A stretch of DNA of 63,197 nt, the filler included, from Licmophora abbreviata (lineage: Eukaryota): assembly GCA_900291995.1 (NCBI GenBank). It is 8 parts of 8 records of this genome, joined end to end, with 100 filler letters (N's around TTAATTAATTAA, not from the genome) between each part and the next. Parts side by side here need not be neighbours in the genome. Positions count along the whole stretch, not along the records: positions 1 to 2,518 come from OLMU01000398.1; positions 2,619 to 13,270 come from OLMU01000399.1; 6 more parts are not named here. One strand, given 5' to 3'. The notes below the pieces were generated by a model. That model was given only the letters and a program-made list of their open reading frames with translations, had not been told where the DNA came from and searched no databases. Of the stretch, positions 1 through 13,016 are shown piece by piece (position 1 is the stretch's first letter; each line of letters starts with the position of its first letter). Made by a program: the position numbers and the translations under genes.

Positions 1-320
1 GGTCCTGGCTGGCCCAACAAGGGACCACACAGGTCGTTTCCGGGCTGACTGCAGCGGCTGTCGCTGCGAGTTTGACGCAGCCGTTGGACTGTGTTCGTGC
101 GCGACTGCAAGTGGGCGTGTCGGGTTCGGCGTCATCGGGCATGCCAGGTGGGTCGTCGCTGTCATCGCTACAGGTGGCGAGAGAATTGGCAAAGTCGTCG
201 GGAGTGCGAGGCTTCTTTCGAGGTTTGGGACCGAGGACCTTTCACTTGAGTGTGTGGGGTACCATACTGAGCTCTGCGTACGAGCTTCTACGACACTATT
301 CCCGAAAGGACCCGCCATAG
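1..320 (+). CDS. Mitochondrial carrier (SLC25) family protein, 3' part only
   Basis: Carrier repeat signature Px[DE]xx[KR]x[RK] (QPLDCVRARLQ) followed by GVRGFFRGLGPR...WGTILSSAYE; runs off the 5' window edge. Confidence 0.85.
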   Translation, partial: SWLAQQGTTQVVSGLTAAAVAASLTQPLDCVRARLQVGVSGSASSGMPGGSSLSSLQVARELAKSSGVRGFFRGLGPRTFHLSVWGTILSSAYELLRHYSRKDPP

Positions 321-326
321 GAGGTT

Positions 327-1342
327 CTATCTTATGTCCTTCTCGTTGTCCATTAGCGTACACTGAGCATCCACAACAGCAGCAGCTCCTTTCCCATCAT
401 GCCACTGCCGCATACTTCCTGCAGTAGGACATCTCGACAAGCACGGTGTCATTTTCGCCTCCAACTCGTCTTCCGTCGATGGAGTCTTTCCAAATGCAAA
501 CTGGCACTCAAACGTCTCATAATCAGGTGTCATAGTAAGAGGAAGTCCCATATTTTCCAAAAAGAAGTTTTGCGTGGGAATCTTGCAGCTATTGACGCAA
601 ACGCTGGCACAGCCTGACTCTTCGAGAAAACGACACCGTTGCACAAGGAGTCCCTGGTCTTTGCCGACAAGACCGCCGTCAATTTCAACATCATTCACTT
701 CACACTCCCCCATAAGCCACGTTCCAGCTACCATTGTAGCCCATGCGTTCATGCGAGCTGAGAACTAAAAGAAAGAGACGTGTAAGATGACAAAACGTCA
801 TGGGAGATCAAACATCATGACAATCAATAATCCTCTTTCGTACCTCCGGAAACGGCTTGGAGAACAAGATGGCATACCGACTTGGCATCCACGAAGGAAA
901 CAATGAAATCAATACATCCTGCGCAATTTTCTGAACCACGCTTCGATCCGAATACCTCGCATTCATGGCAGCCGCGAGTTCAATAATGCCCTGGTAATCC
1001 GCCTTGGGCAATTTCGAGTCCACGCCGGCCTTTTTCGGCGAGTTGGGAGCGAAAGACCGTCAAAAATATCGAGTCAACCATCCGACCAAGAGGACCATGG
1101 ATGTTTTCGTAATCTGGTTTCGTATCGAGAGAGGGGCCTTCGACGTTCCTGCCGGCGACTCGCCGCAGCTGCTGTGGCAGAGGATTGTCCGACGAAGCAT
1201 CATTGACGACATTGGCTGTGGACGAGCGAAATGGAGATAGTCTTTTCGTTTTCTGAGATACTGGACTAAATGAATATGCATATTTGGTTGCGGAGAGGCC
1301 ATATAAAGCGACACAGAGCGGCAATCGGTAGAACAATCCCAT
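327..1342 (-). CDS. Beta-carotene isomerase D27-like (DUF4033) protein, probably plastid-targeted; intron 765-843; apparent extra A at 1031-1035
   Basis: WLMGECEV...CRFLEESGCASVCVNSCKIPTQNFF...GLPLTMTPDYETFECQFAFG matches the D27 Cys-rich C-terminal domain; signal peptide ending YAYSFSP; GT-AG intron joins FPE|FSARMNAW. Confidence 0.88.
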
Positions 1343-1539
1343 GGTCCAAACAGCAGAAAAACGCCGTCTGTCCAGCGCGTTGAAAAAGAAGTGACAGATG
1401 ATTGGCATCCACATCGCGCGCGATGTGATCATCGCAGAATCGCGCGAAACGATACGCTCTGCAGAGCCATTCAAAACGTTGACCGCGACGCCGTGACGAC
1501 ATACCGTCACACTATAGCTATCGTTTGTCTGTTTCGACC

Positions 1540-4081
1540 ATGGCAAAGAAGAAACAACGTACTCCTCGACTCGTGGAGCACGTGTCCGACTCGGAGGACG
1601 AAGAAATTCCGGAAGACGAGGCTTTCAATAGCGATGATGAGCGCAAGTATGGCGCCTTTTTCGAAACTAACCATAGTGATGGCAAGCGACACGACCACGA
1701 TGATGAAGTTTCGTCGTCCGATGAGGGTAGCGACGACGGATTCGCCACGGACGATGAGGATGAGGAGGGTGATGGAGGCCAATACATGTTGGATCTTCTC
1801 AGCAAGCTGGATAGTGGCCCCAAGGATGATTCTCTATCCCGCAAGACGCATGTTGCTTCTCATGTCGCAGAGTCCGAGTTTGCCGCATCGGTCGTTCAGA
1901 ATTCCCAGTTGACGATCGATGCACTGATGGAAGGTCTAGAAGATACACAAGGTTTCGGTCGTATGCAGCAGACCATGAGCAAGGTGGTGAACTCCCATGC
2001 ACCGGCCGTGCCCGTGGCCAAGCCCGTGGCAGATCGAGCTCAGCGCAAGGTCCACTACGAGCATGAAACGCAGGAGGTTTCGCGCTGGATGGAGGCGGTG
2101 CAAGAGAATCGACAAGCCGAAACGCTCGACTTTCGTCACAAGGAGCGACTGGGGGATGTCACGAAGGAGCAATTGGTGGAAAAGTTCGTGCCGACGACTG
2201 ACTTTGAAAAGGAGCTTCATGAGGCTTTGATGAATGCAGGTCAACAGGACGAAGAAGCCATACTCAAGCGCGAGGAAGCTCTGTTGCGGGAGGATGATTT
2301 GGGTTCGAGTACTTTGACCATGGAAGACTACCAGAAGCGACGTGGAGAGCTTGCAAAAATGCGCGCTCTCATGTTTTATCACGAGCAGAAGCGTCATCAT
2401 ATGAAGAAGATCAAATCAAAAAAGTACCGTCGTATTCGCAAGCGGCAGCGGCAGCGCCAGAAGGAGGCGGAAGTCAATTTGGAGATGGAAGATAATCACG
2501 AAGTGATCAAAGAGATGGNNNNNNNNNNNNNNNNNNNNNNNNNNNNNNNNNNNNNNNNNNNNTTAATTAATTAANNNNNNNNNNNNNNNNNNNNNNNNNN
2601 NNNNNNNNNNNNNNNNNNGCGCACAAGAACACTAGCAAATGGGCGAAGCGGATTTTGAAAAGGGGAAAAAACGTTGATGTCGATACAAGACGCGCCCTGT
2701 CAGCCCAACTGAAGCAAGGAGATAATCTTCGAAAGAAAATGAACTCTACTCGCAATGGTGCCGAAAGCAGCGACGACGATGATAACGAGAATCTTGTCGA
2801 TATGGCCCGCAAAGTCTTGGAGGATGCAGAGGATGGTTCTCAGATCCCTTTGCACAATAAAGGTCTATTCAAGCTTTCTTTCATGCAAAAGGGAATCGAA
2901 GCGCAGCGTGAGAAAGCAAAAGAGGAAGCACGGCAGCTTCTCGGCGAACTTGAATCCAACGAGGACCTCGCAGGCTCAGACGACGAAGTCCAGGAATCGA
3001 AAGAGACGCAGCAGCGTCGCGGATCACGAAAGGTTGCTTCGGAAGCAGAGATGAAGGACTTAATTTCGGAAGGTAACTTGGTTGCCAAGTCATTGGAATT
3101 TGGAAATCATAGCTCAATTGCGGTCACCGGCGGGATCGACATTGACATTCCGGTGGTAACGCGGTGCCATCGCACCAGTTAGGAAGCCGGGAGGCAGTCA
3201 GCCAGCACAGTACTACTATGGAGGTTGAAGTCAACGCTGGCAACAAGAAGATTGCTGCGGATGGTGCGGAGCAGGCACAATCGGCGGACCGAAGGATCAC
3301 CGTGGGATACTCTACATCGGCAAATAAGGGGGTAGACACGAGTGGGGAAGAAGCCAATCCGTGGATGCCCGAGGACGACCCAGCCCTGGAATCTGCACAC
3401 ACATCCGTTTGTAAGCAGACACACAGAAAAAGCCAAGGAAAGAAGAATGATCTGGTCGACGTCGAAAGTGCCATCGATGTGCTAGCGAGAGACAGAGACG
3501 ATGGATTGACGAATGGTTCGGAATGTGAGTCCGTCGAAATACCCGACTCGGATAAACAGATTGCAAAGCTCACACAAGAACAGCTCCTTCGGCGAGCTTT
3601 TGCCGCCCCGGACGAACAAGTTGTTGAAAGGGCGTTTGCCCAAGAAAAGCAGGCGATGAAGGAGCGCGATGATCCAACACGGAGAAAGGCGCAGTCGAGC
3701 AATAAGAGCGTCTCAGGGTGGGGATCCTGGGCCGGTGAAGGAGCGCCTGCAGCCAAGCCACGCAAGTTACCGACTAGGCTGCAACCTCCGGAAATGAAGC
3801 TTTCCAAGCGCAAGCGGCAAGACGAAAAGAAACCCCACATCATTATAAATGAAAAGAGACAGAAGAAGACGGTCAATCAGTTTCAGATCTCTAAAATTCC
3901 GTATCCTTACACATCTAGAGAAGAATATGAACGCGCAATGGCAGGGGGTGTTGGACGCGAATGGAATGCCAGCAATGGCGTGAAAAACTTGACACGCCCC
4001 GCTATCATGACACGAGCTGGAAAGATTATCCAGCCTATTTCAAAGAAGGCCAAGCAGAAGCGGCCAGCTGCCAAGTTCTAG
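1540..4081 (+). CDS. UTP14: U3 snoRNA-associated protein 14 (SSU processome); spans gap 2519-2618; apparent frameshift near 3150
   Basis: Motifs KMRALMFYHEQK...KKIKSKKYRRI, HKNTSKWAK, GWGSWAG, PYPYTSREEYER...GREWN, TRAGKIIQP are characteristic of Utp14. Confidence 0.93.
2519..2618. other. Scaffold gap with artificial linker (N-run, TTAATTAATTAA, N-run)
   Basis: 100-bp N block with a six-frame stop linker; identical design at all seven gaps. Confidence 0.98.
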
Positions 4082-4138
4082 GAAGAAACTTACTGTTATG
4101 GACACATACACTATGTAGGGACATGAAAGCGACAAAAC

Positions 4139-6736
4139 TTATGTATCAAATGAGGACTGCTGCTCAAAGAGCATCGTCATGATTCGTTTGATGTGTTTCA
4201 TTTCGTTTGCAATTTCCACCTTTCGCTCTGTAATAGATGACTTCATTTGCACCACCTCCGTCCTGTCCACGATTAGTTCTTGCTCAAGCTCCTCCCTCAA
4301 CTCAACCACCTCCCTTTGAAGCAACGTCACTTGGGTCTTGCGCAGCTCATCCTCCTTCTCGCCTTCGGACGAGTGCTTGCTCAACTTACTGGTAAAGATG
4401 GCCTCACGTACCTGCGGTGGCCATAGCCAACCGGCTGACATGACCCCGAGGACCAGCCAACAGGGGATGACGACTAATCCAGTGAAGCAGCGCAACATTA
4501 AGTAAGCCCAGAATTCAATGCTCAAAATCGAGAAGTCGTCTTCGTCCTCAAACAGCTCAATGAGCTGTGTCCAGGCCTTGGATCCGAACTGGGCTTTGCT
4601 CCTGATGAAACTATCGTCCTTCTCCTCGTCACTCTGCTTGAAGCATCCCGTCGACCGGCGCAAACGCTTCTTCCACGGCCCTGAAACATGAAATAAGAGT
4701 AATATGAACTTAGCTTTCACACGTCCACACTTAAGCGATAAAGGATAGAGGACGGAACGTACCATTCGCAATTGCGTCCATCTCGGCAACGAAGTCCAAG
4801 CGATTCGTCCAGAACACAATGGCCGCACGTTGGTCTTGAATGACCTTGTAGGAGTCAGTGACAATGGCAATAAGAACGCTCGCCAAGAGAATCACCACCA
4901 AAAACATAAACAAGATAAACAGAATAGTTGCAAATAGGTCGTCGGCAAACGTATTTTCATTCACTTCACCAAGAAGCATAGTGTAGACACTGAGAAACGA
5001 AGACCAGAAATCGCAATAAGCGAACGGCTGGTTTTCTTCACACTGCACATCTTCGATCCCTCGAGTGGTTCGATCGAGGCAGGTGTCTGACTGCTGATAC
5101 ACAGTCAAGAACATCTGCGCGAAGGCGATCAAGATGATACCCAAACACATGAGAAAGGCGGCGAGGCGCCTCACGACATAAAACACTCCTCCGACGAATA
5201 CTGCGAAATCGATAAGCATGTTTCGAAGGAAAGCCAACACCTTGATCCAAAGAATCATGACGGTGATCGCGGCAACGGTTCGGAACCGAAAGTCGTCACC
5301 CCCGCCGGTCTGCATGAGGACGGTCAAGTAGGTTACGAAGATGACGAAGGCTATTGTGAGAACCTTGCTTGGATCAATGTAGAATGACTTCAAAGCAAGA
5401 AGGGACACCATCTGAAGGATCTCGCGGACAAAGAAGTATCCAACACCGACGTAGAGGGGAATGAGTTGCACGACGTCAACTCCGTCGACCTTGGATGCGT
5501 CGAAACGGTTGTTTAGCGACTCAATCACGTTGATCGAGTAGGTGATAATGACCATGGCTAGGAAGTAAAAGTCAAGTATCAAAACGGCAGTTGGAAAGCG
5601 CTGGGAGATCTTCTCGTTTAAGAGACGCTGAACATGCGGAAGGACGACTGAACATTCGGACAGCCACTCCGGTAGTCCCTGCAGCGACGTAAGGAAGTCG
5701 GCAGTCGGATCGGGCTTTGCTTCAATCAAGAGCTCGAGACAGGTCTGCACATTCTTGCGCCGCTCGGTGTCCTGACGAGAGTTCTTGAGGGTGTGTGAGA
5801 ACTCCGCCAAAACACGCAGCGGTAGGGGACCACCTCGAATACTGTTGACAAGATTCTGGTTGAGACGAAGCAGATGGCGAACGGCCAACGGCGCCGCGTC
5901 ACGTCCTGCGTTACTCAGAGCGAACAGTAGAGGTGTTCGGGAGCGCACATCAAGTGCCATGATTCCATCGGCATGAGCGTTCGTTAAGACAAGGAGCGTT
6001 TCTTCTGACGCACCGTATGCACAAGCATAGTGAAGAGGCTGTTATAAATAAGAAAGATAGGTCCCAAGGCAGATCAGATCAGTCAGTCTAACGTTGAAGG
6101 CGACCCGATTCATCCTCATGACCCCAAGTTCGTGCTCGCGCCGACACTTACCAGCATCCCATTGTCATCAGCATACGAAGCAGCTCCTGTGGAACTGAGA
6201 ATGGCGATTGCGCTAGGGCTCACAACTTGGTCAGCGTTCTCACCGTTACCACTATTGCCGAGAGCAAAGTGCAGAGGGGTGCGGCCACGACGATCGACCG
6301 TCGTTTTGCTCCGAGGGTACGCCTCGGCCAGCTTCCGAATGACCTCCACATCGGCACCCGTGGCACAGGAGTAATGGATAGGCAACCATCCGAAGGTGTC
6401 AGGCCATGCGGCCGTCTCGGCAGCAATGCTCAGAAAGACGTCAACGACGTCGGAGGGAGGCGCATTACGGCAGGCAACGTGAAGGGCCGTCATGCCATTG
6501 TCGCCTCGTGTCGTAGCGGCCTCGCGAACGATCTCACCAGGATGAGAGCGAAGCCACTCGCGTACCGGTTCCCAAGATTCATCTGCAACCATGCGGGCTT
6601 GGTCTGAGTTGCCGCGAGGCGCGAGCGCGTTGGAGCAGAGGAAGCTGAGCTGCATTTCTTCCGGTAGAGAGTGATAGGAACGATCATTCTCGGTCGCCAC
6701 GCCCATGTGGGCAGACATCCGATCGGTCGATGTCAT
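4139..6736 (-). CDS. Ankyrin-repeat TRP-like cation channel; introns 6039-6151 and 4681-4762
   Basis: N-terminal ankyrin repeats (GMTALHVAC, GWLPIHYSC, GRTPLHFAL, PLHYACAYG); multi-TM region with pore segment FLSVYTMLLGE, S6 FLVVILLASVLIAIVTDSY and TRP-box-like FWTNRL; C-terminal coiled coil; splice sites keep frame. Confidence 0.85.
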
Positions 6737-7161
6737 GGTTGTTGTTGAGAGGAGACGTGCAACATAAAGTATGGAATGGACTCAAGGTGCAGATCTATGA
6801 CCCTCTCAGAAGAGATTTATGTGGCAAAGCGCCGGTTCGGGCCAAAAGATGACCGGGGGTTTTCGAAAATCTGACGAAAGACAGACAAGTGGTGAGTACC
6901 GGTTGGTCGCAAGTACAGAACGTGTTCTGGGAAGTTCAACTGCCAGGCGAAATTTCACGCGAAGCGGCCACATCATCATGCTTCGCGTCCTCCACTGGTT
7001 CATTCCCGCATTCTCATTGTTTGCCGAGTCCCACACAGTATTACTCCCTGCTTCGCTTGCAGCCCAGGGTTCATATGATCGGATTGAACGCCTCAGGTGT
7101 CTGAATACTTTCCGGAAGTCAGTGGATAGACAAGAAACTACAGTCGAAGCCTTACACGACA

Positions 7162-7782
7162 ATGAGCACGCAAGCGAGCTTTGGTCATACCCACAAGATC
7201 GGCCTCGCTGCGTCTAGCAATGCCACTGGGTCCATTTCTAGTACGCGCCTGCGATCGAACCTCCTGAACAAACTTGGAATCCATGCAGTAGACAAGCTCC
7301 CTGTTTCTTCGAGTCGACCGACGCGGTCTCTCTTGGATGGTGCTCCGAGGAGAAGCGAGCCTCTCAAATATGACGAGAACGAGGAGGACATATCGGATGA
7401 TGATGACGAGAGACAGGATAGGTCGTGGGGCAGGCCATGGACTGTGTTTCGACCTGCTTCTTACTCGAGTGCAGGTCCACTGTCATCCTCTGTTTCCTCG
7501 ACTACATCTTTTTCCTCGTCGTCTCAACAACCACAGCATCGAATCACGTTCAACGACAATGTGACTGTCGTTCCCATTCCAAAACGAGACGACTATTCGC
7601 ATCGTGTCAAGGAACGATTATGGTCCAACATAAATGAAATTCAACTCAATGCGCAACGGAATGCGCTAGAGTTTGCCGCCGAAGGATGGGACTGGAGAAC
7701 GGTCGCGGAAGATGAAGAAATGTACCGCTGCGCCGATTCCGGCGAAAAGATACATCCCGTCCATTTGGAAGAGTCGCACTAA
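7162..7782 (+). CDS. Hypothetical protein (RVxF-like ITFNDNVTVVPIP...EFAAEGWDWR motif family)
   Basis: 206-aa ORF with ATG start; conserved-looking C-terminal block of a type I recall from diatom-expanded families. Confidence 0.75.
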   Translation: MSTQASFGHTHKIGLAASSNATGSISSTRLRSNLLNKLGIHAVDKLPVSSSRPTRSLLDGAPRRSEPLKYDENEEDISDDDDERQDRSWGRPWTVFRPASYSSAGPLSSSVSSTTSFSSSSQQPQHRITFNDNVTVVPIPKRDDYSHRVKERLWSNINEIQLNAQRNALEFAAEGWDWRTVAEDEEMYRCADSGEKIHPVHLEESH

Positions 7783-7902
7783 ATGAGACTTATGTTTTAA
7801 AGAGACTGGCGAACTACCTCTCTACTACGTCGTTAATTCTCACGAATTTTGCATTCAATGCTTGCGCAGCAATATAGATCACTTTTTCCTTCGCACTTGT
7901 CT

Positions 7903-10900
7903 CTAGTCACCTAGCCCATCGCTTACGAGTAAACTCACGATAAGCTTCATTTCGACTGTACCTGCGATGTCAAACATTGGATCTTTCACTTTTCGAGCCA
8001 GTAACTCGTCCACCTTGCGTCGTAAACCTCCAATCAAGGCCCCAATGCGTGCATTGGCGGCGAGGCGTGCCCAACCATCCACGACAATCAAGCCCTTACC
8101 TGCCTGAACGTTGAGGTTACCCCCAAACAGCAATAGAGAGTACGCACTGCACTCTGTGGCATCCCTGAGAAACGCCTTGGATGTACGCACCAGTTCGTGA
8201 TATACAAGCCATGGACAATGATAGTTTCCCACGGAAAAATTGGCCGACGAAGGATGGAAGAACACGCGCTCTTCGGGAACGTCGTGGTAACGTCGATTCA
8301 AAGAGTAAGCAGAGTCACGGTCGCTTTCCAAAGTTGACTCGCTTCGCCGAATATAAAACTGGAGTTCGCGAGCCACTCCATCCTTCTCCACTGCGCCCTC
8401 TGCCGTCTCGGTATACTTGGTCTTGGGTCGCTGGACTCTGACAAGCTGACTGGGCCCCATGGCGGCCACGGCACAGGCGCGAATGATCCGCCAGGACTTC
8501 GAGTTGCGATCTGCTTCTTGGGATGATACGTAACCAGAAGCAGCGAGAGACGAATCCAACTGCCTAGCAAGTTGTTTCATGTCTCGCATACCGTTGAAGC
8601 TCAGACCAAGCGACTCGCAAACGCGCTTGCGATCACTAGCTCCAGTCCTAACGCTATCCCACCTGAGGTAAGCCGCAGCCAGCATGGCGTGGTCACTGTT
8701 GCCGACGCTTTTGAAGAGTTGATCGCGTGCCTGCAATACATCATTTCGCTTCATGGCTTCAAACGAGGCATCTTCCCCTTGTGGTTGTTGACCACGTCGG
8801 TTGTCAATGCGCAAAAAAGGACTTCGCCCGACGCTCATACCAGCGGCCATGGCCAAGGACGCACTGCGGCACCCGAGAATAGATCCCATGACTAGAACTG
8901 GTAACGTGTTGTTTACAAAAGAATTGAGAAAGTGCAGAGCGCGAACAAAGGAGAGTCGAGAACCACAGTCGTGACTTACTCTTGCCTACAGTTGGAGGTG
9001 CGGGAATACCAGCAATGTGCATTCCCAAGGGTGTTAAAGCACTGGAGGCGCCATTGTTGGAAGCAACTGCTCCAAGCATACGGAGACTGAACATAGCAGC
9101 GTCGACTGATTCTTGACTGGGAGGATCCAGTAGAGTACGAAGAAACATACCAGATCCATCCTCCACTCCCAGAAACATCAATGACAGAAGCGTCTGGTCC
9201 AAAGCGCAGCGGCGAATCTCGGGCTCACTATGATCAGGTAGCTTCGAAATAGTCTCCTTCGAGATCAGCTTGTAGCACGTGCCCGCCTGAACACGACCTG
9301 CGCGCCCACGTCTCTGTTTCAAGCTATCTCTTGCTGCAAACTTTTCAACCAGAAGTGGCATGCGATTGGAAGGGTCATAGGAGCTTTGTTTCTCCCGACA
9401 AGAATCAATTACAATGGTGCAGTCTGGGATAGTAATGGACGTTTCTGCCACGTTCGTCGAAAGAATGACCTTAGTGTACCCTCGCTGAGCGGGACGAAAT
9501 ACAAAGTTCTGTTCCCTTGGCTGCAAGCCGCCGTGCAGCGGCAGTAGTTCCAGGGACACCCCCCTCGTCATTCTTCGAATGGTTTCCATGGCCTTGTTGA
9601 TTTCGGGTGCACCTGACATGAAAACAAGAATCGACCCCCTGTCGCCTGGGGCGCCTGTCTGGACAAGATGCTTGACGAGCCGACCAAGCATATCATAATC
9701 AACGTTGATTTCGTCCACGCGCCTCACAAGCTCATCCATGGGGATGTTGTGAGCGAGTCCAATATTTACGCTCTCCCTTGTCTCTTGACTTTCTTTTTCA
9801 TCAAAAAGCTCTTCTTCCTCGTCAGATTTCTCCGAGTCAGCCCAAGGCGTCGACTTCTTACTGCGAGAACTTCCCGGAGCGAAACGGTGTTTCTTCCTGC
9901 CATTTTTCGAAGGAATGTAACCCGTCAGAGACAAAACATCCTCCAAAGTAAAGTCCTGTACAGGGAAGGTCCTCCCGGGGATATGAATCCGAGGAGTCTT
10001 GGATCCCCAGTATGCAGCAAATCGATCTGCGTCCAGTGTTGCACTCATCAGGATGACGCTCAGGTGTGGAGTACGACCGAGACACTGCTTCAGAACTCCG
10101 AGTAGAACGTCTGTATCAAGATGTCGCTCATGAACTTCATCAACCACAATATGAGTGATGGCATCAAGGGCACCGTCGCTCTGCAGCTGGCGCAGCAGCA
10201 CACCTGTTGTACAGAAAAGAAGCCGAGTGCTCTTGCAAACTGCCGAGTCGCCTCTGACGACATAACCGACGCTTGATTCTCCTGGTCCGCTCTCTCCTCG
10301 CTCATCGGCCACACGACCCGCAACTCCTGTCGCAGCAAGTCGACGAGGTTGAGCAACAACAATCTTTACGTCGGCAGGAGCGTTTTCTAAAAGGAATTGG
10401 GGGATCTGCGTACTCTTCCCACAACCAGTTTCGCCGGTCAGTAGTAAGACGCGGCCGGCCTATCGGTGTGATCATGGGACGAAGCCATTTGTTAGACAGA
10501 CAACTTGGCAACGAAGGTATGGGCACACGCATGTGGATAAACATACCTGATACGCCTGCTCCATTGCAGAAAGAAATTCGCTTCTTGCCTTAAAAGCAGG
10601 AAGTGACCTACGCTGTCTCTCAATATCGGTTGAAAGCTTGGGGAAGGCTGTCGCTTTGGGAGTTTTCTGTGGTGGAGTCGCCCAGAAAACACCCCTCTCT
10701 CGTGGCCTGCGTATCGTGTTTCTCTTTGGACGCCTACTATTATCGGAACTTTCATGCCTCTGTCCTGGCTTCGACCCTCCTTTCGACGGAATCTGGCGTG
10801 GAAGCTCGGAATCTTTGAATGTAGCAGGGGACAGAGATATGACTGATAGCACTCCGTCTTGAGCAGAATGAACAAGTGAAGTAGCGTGACAATGAAGTTC

Positions 10901-12589
10901 GTACATCATGGGATCACCGAGTGACAAGGAACTCATGAACTTGATCAGCTTGACATTCAAGGCGGTCCCAAGCGAAGAAGAGTTGCTTAGAGCGCCGGAC
11001 ACCAGGACCCGCTCTGGGTAGGCAGACGGATAGAACCCTTGACGGACAATAATCTCAAGCGCAACATCACCGCTCATTGTAGGGGAATCTGTCGCCAGAG
11101 ATATTTTTATCGTTGCATAGCCATCAGTTCGCCGGATTGAACACATATCCGGCGGAAAAATCGCTTGAAGGGCTTCCAGCTCCTCGTTCAATATTTCCAC
11201 GTTTTGCTCATCGTTCGCATCAACTATAGTCGACCGCCTGAAATCTGCCACATGACAGAATTGACGCCATAGGGCGTCCTCTAGATCACCCGCTGCATGT
11301 TGTGAGCTGGCCTGCTGTATGAGCATTTCTGCCTCACGCACAGGAAGATTGTATTGTGCCACTAGGTTCGCTGCCTCCTTGCTTATCTCGCTTGGTACAT
11401 TGGCAAGTGAACTCATCTTGGTCTTGGTCGCCTTGCTTGGGGCGACAACGACGTCCAACGTTCTTCCCCTTGGATCAAACCCTTCAGGAAGCTCGTCCTC
11501 GTCAAGATGAATACACAGCCACTGTAAACATTCGTCATACACACCGTCCCATGCCAGCTCGTCGAGATTGTCATCTGGATGTGACGAAAGCTGTTGGTAT
11601 GCCGTACGAGCCTGGGCCTTGGTGAATCCTTCACCGTGGAGTCGCTGTAGAACATACGACCTAACTTCATTTGATTCTTCTTCTTCATCATTATTTTGGA
11701 GGCTCTCCTCTACCAGCAGCTCTTGCAGATTCACCGCATCGCCTCGCAGTAGCGTTTCAATCTGTTCTCGACACTTGGCACTCAAAAACACCGGGTGATC
11801 TCGATTGGCCTCCAAAAGTGCCAAGTGATGTTGAACCCGCGCATTCCGAGCTTTGCGTTTCGTATCCTGTTGGCGGCGCTTATCCGCCATGGAAGCAAAC
11901 GAGCGCGCCATACTCAAATCTGTTGTCGCCTTGGCGCCTGACGCAACACCAGAAACACGGGTATTGGTATCACCACTTTTCCCAGGAACAAGGGTCACAC
12001 TCGAGCCAGGCTGTTTCGCTTTCTTGTCCTTAACTTTCGACGCTTCAATGGCATGCAGCCACGTCGTCTTGTAAGGCTCCGGAAGCTTGCGCTCATGCGG
12101 TAATTTGGGGGTCATGTGTAACAAAGCGAGTAGAGCAGCTTCCTCCTTCGCCTGTTCCGCATTATCACATGGCTTCGCAGGGACGAATAATAAATCGTGA
12201 TCGGAGCCTCTTCTCGACACCTTCGCATCCTGGACAATCACGCGAAACTTTTCTTTTGCCGTTGAGCTGCCAATACTCTTGTATTTTGCTGGCGGCCGCC
12301 CTTCTCGTTTGCACACTTCATTCAGCAGCTGCGAGGGCAGTCTCTGCCATTGCGCAATCTGTGTCTTTCCAACGGCTGTCGTTTTGTTTTCCGTAGAAAT
12401 CGAAGCAGTCTGACCGGAAGCACCCTTTTGCTTGTGGCCTTTGCCACCCCACGTTTGTGTCTCTGGATCCCACTTGTGCCCCCTGCTTGGTCGGGGTGGG
12501 CGATTGCCGCAGTCGCAGTTGTACGGGTGATCGCATGTGCATTTAGGAGATTTAGTACCGGGCTTTTTCGAAGACTTGCTCTTTCCCAT
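7903..12589 (-). CDS. DEAH-box RNA helicase, DHX57/DHX29/YLR419W-like, with dsRBD-like, UBA-like and RWD regions; introns 10460-10546 and 8898-8979
   Basis: GETGCGKSTQ, QPRRLAA, DEVHER, SAT, STNVAETSITI, QRRGRAGR, HA2 and OB-fold C-terminus; EELEALQAIF and YPSAYP indicate RWD. Confidence 0.93.
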
Positions 12590-13016
12590 CGTAAGTCCGA
12601 TCGAAATCTGTTGTTTTGATTAGGGCATGCGGTCATCGGCATCTCTGGCCACAAATGCTGCCGTCAAGTCTGCCTGCCGGGAGAATGAAATGGTGTGGTC
12701 ACAATAGTCCGGCGCGACGATTGGGTTAGTCCTGCCTTCGTCCGATGGGTTGGACAAAACGTGAGCTCAGACGGTGTCTCAAACTATGATGTGCGCGCTC
12801 GCGAAGGTATCTTTTCTCAACGTGGAATTCTACGACAGGAGTACCACGACGATGAAATGATCAGGTGACACCCGATGACACCACGGCGTTTTGTTGTTTC
12901 GAACGGAGGATCGCGGTCAAGGCCTTTTCCCTTTGTGCACCGATGAGAACGCCGACGGCCTAATTGTACCACAAATTTAAACATCTCCCTCCGTTTAATC
13001 TCTTTCAGTTTCAAGA

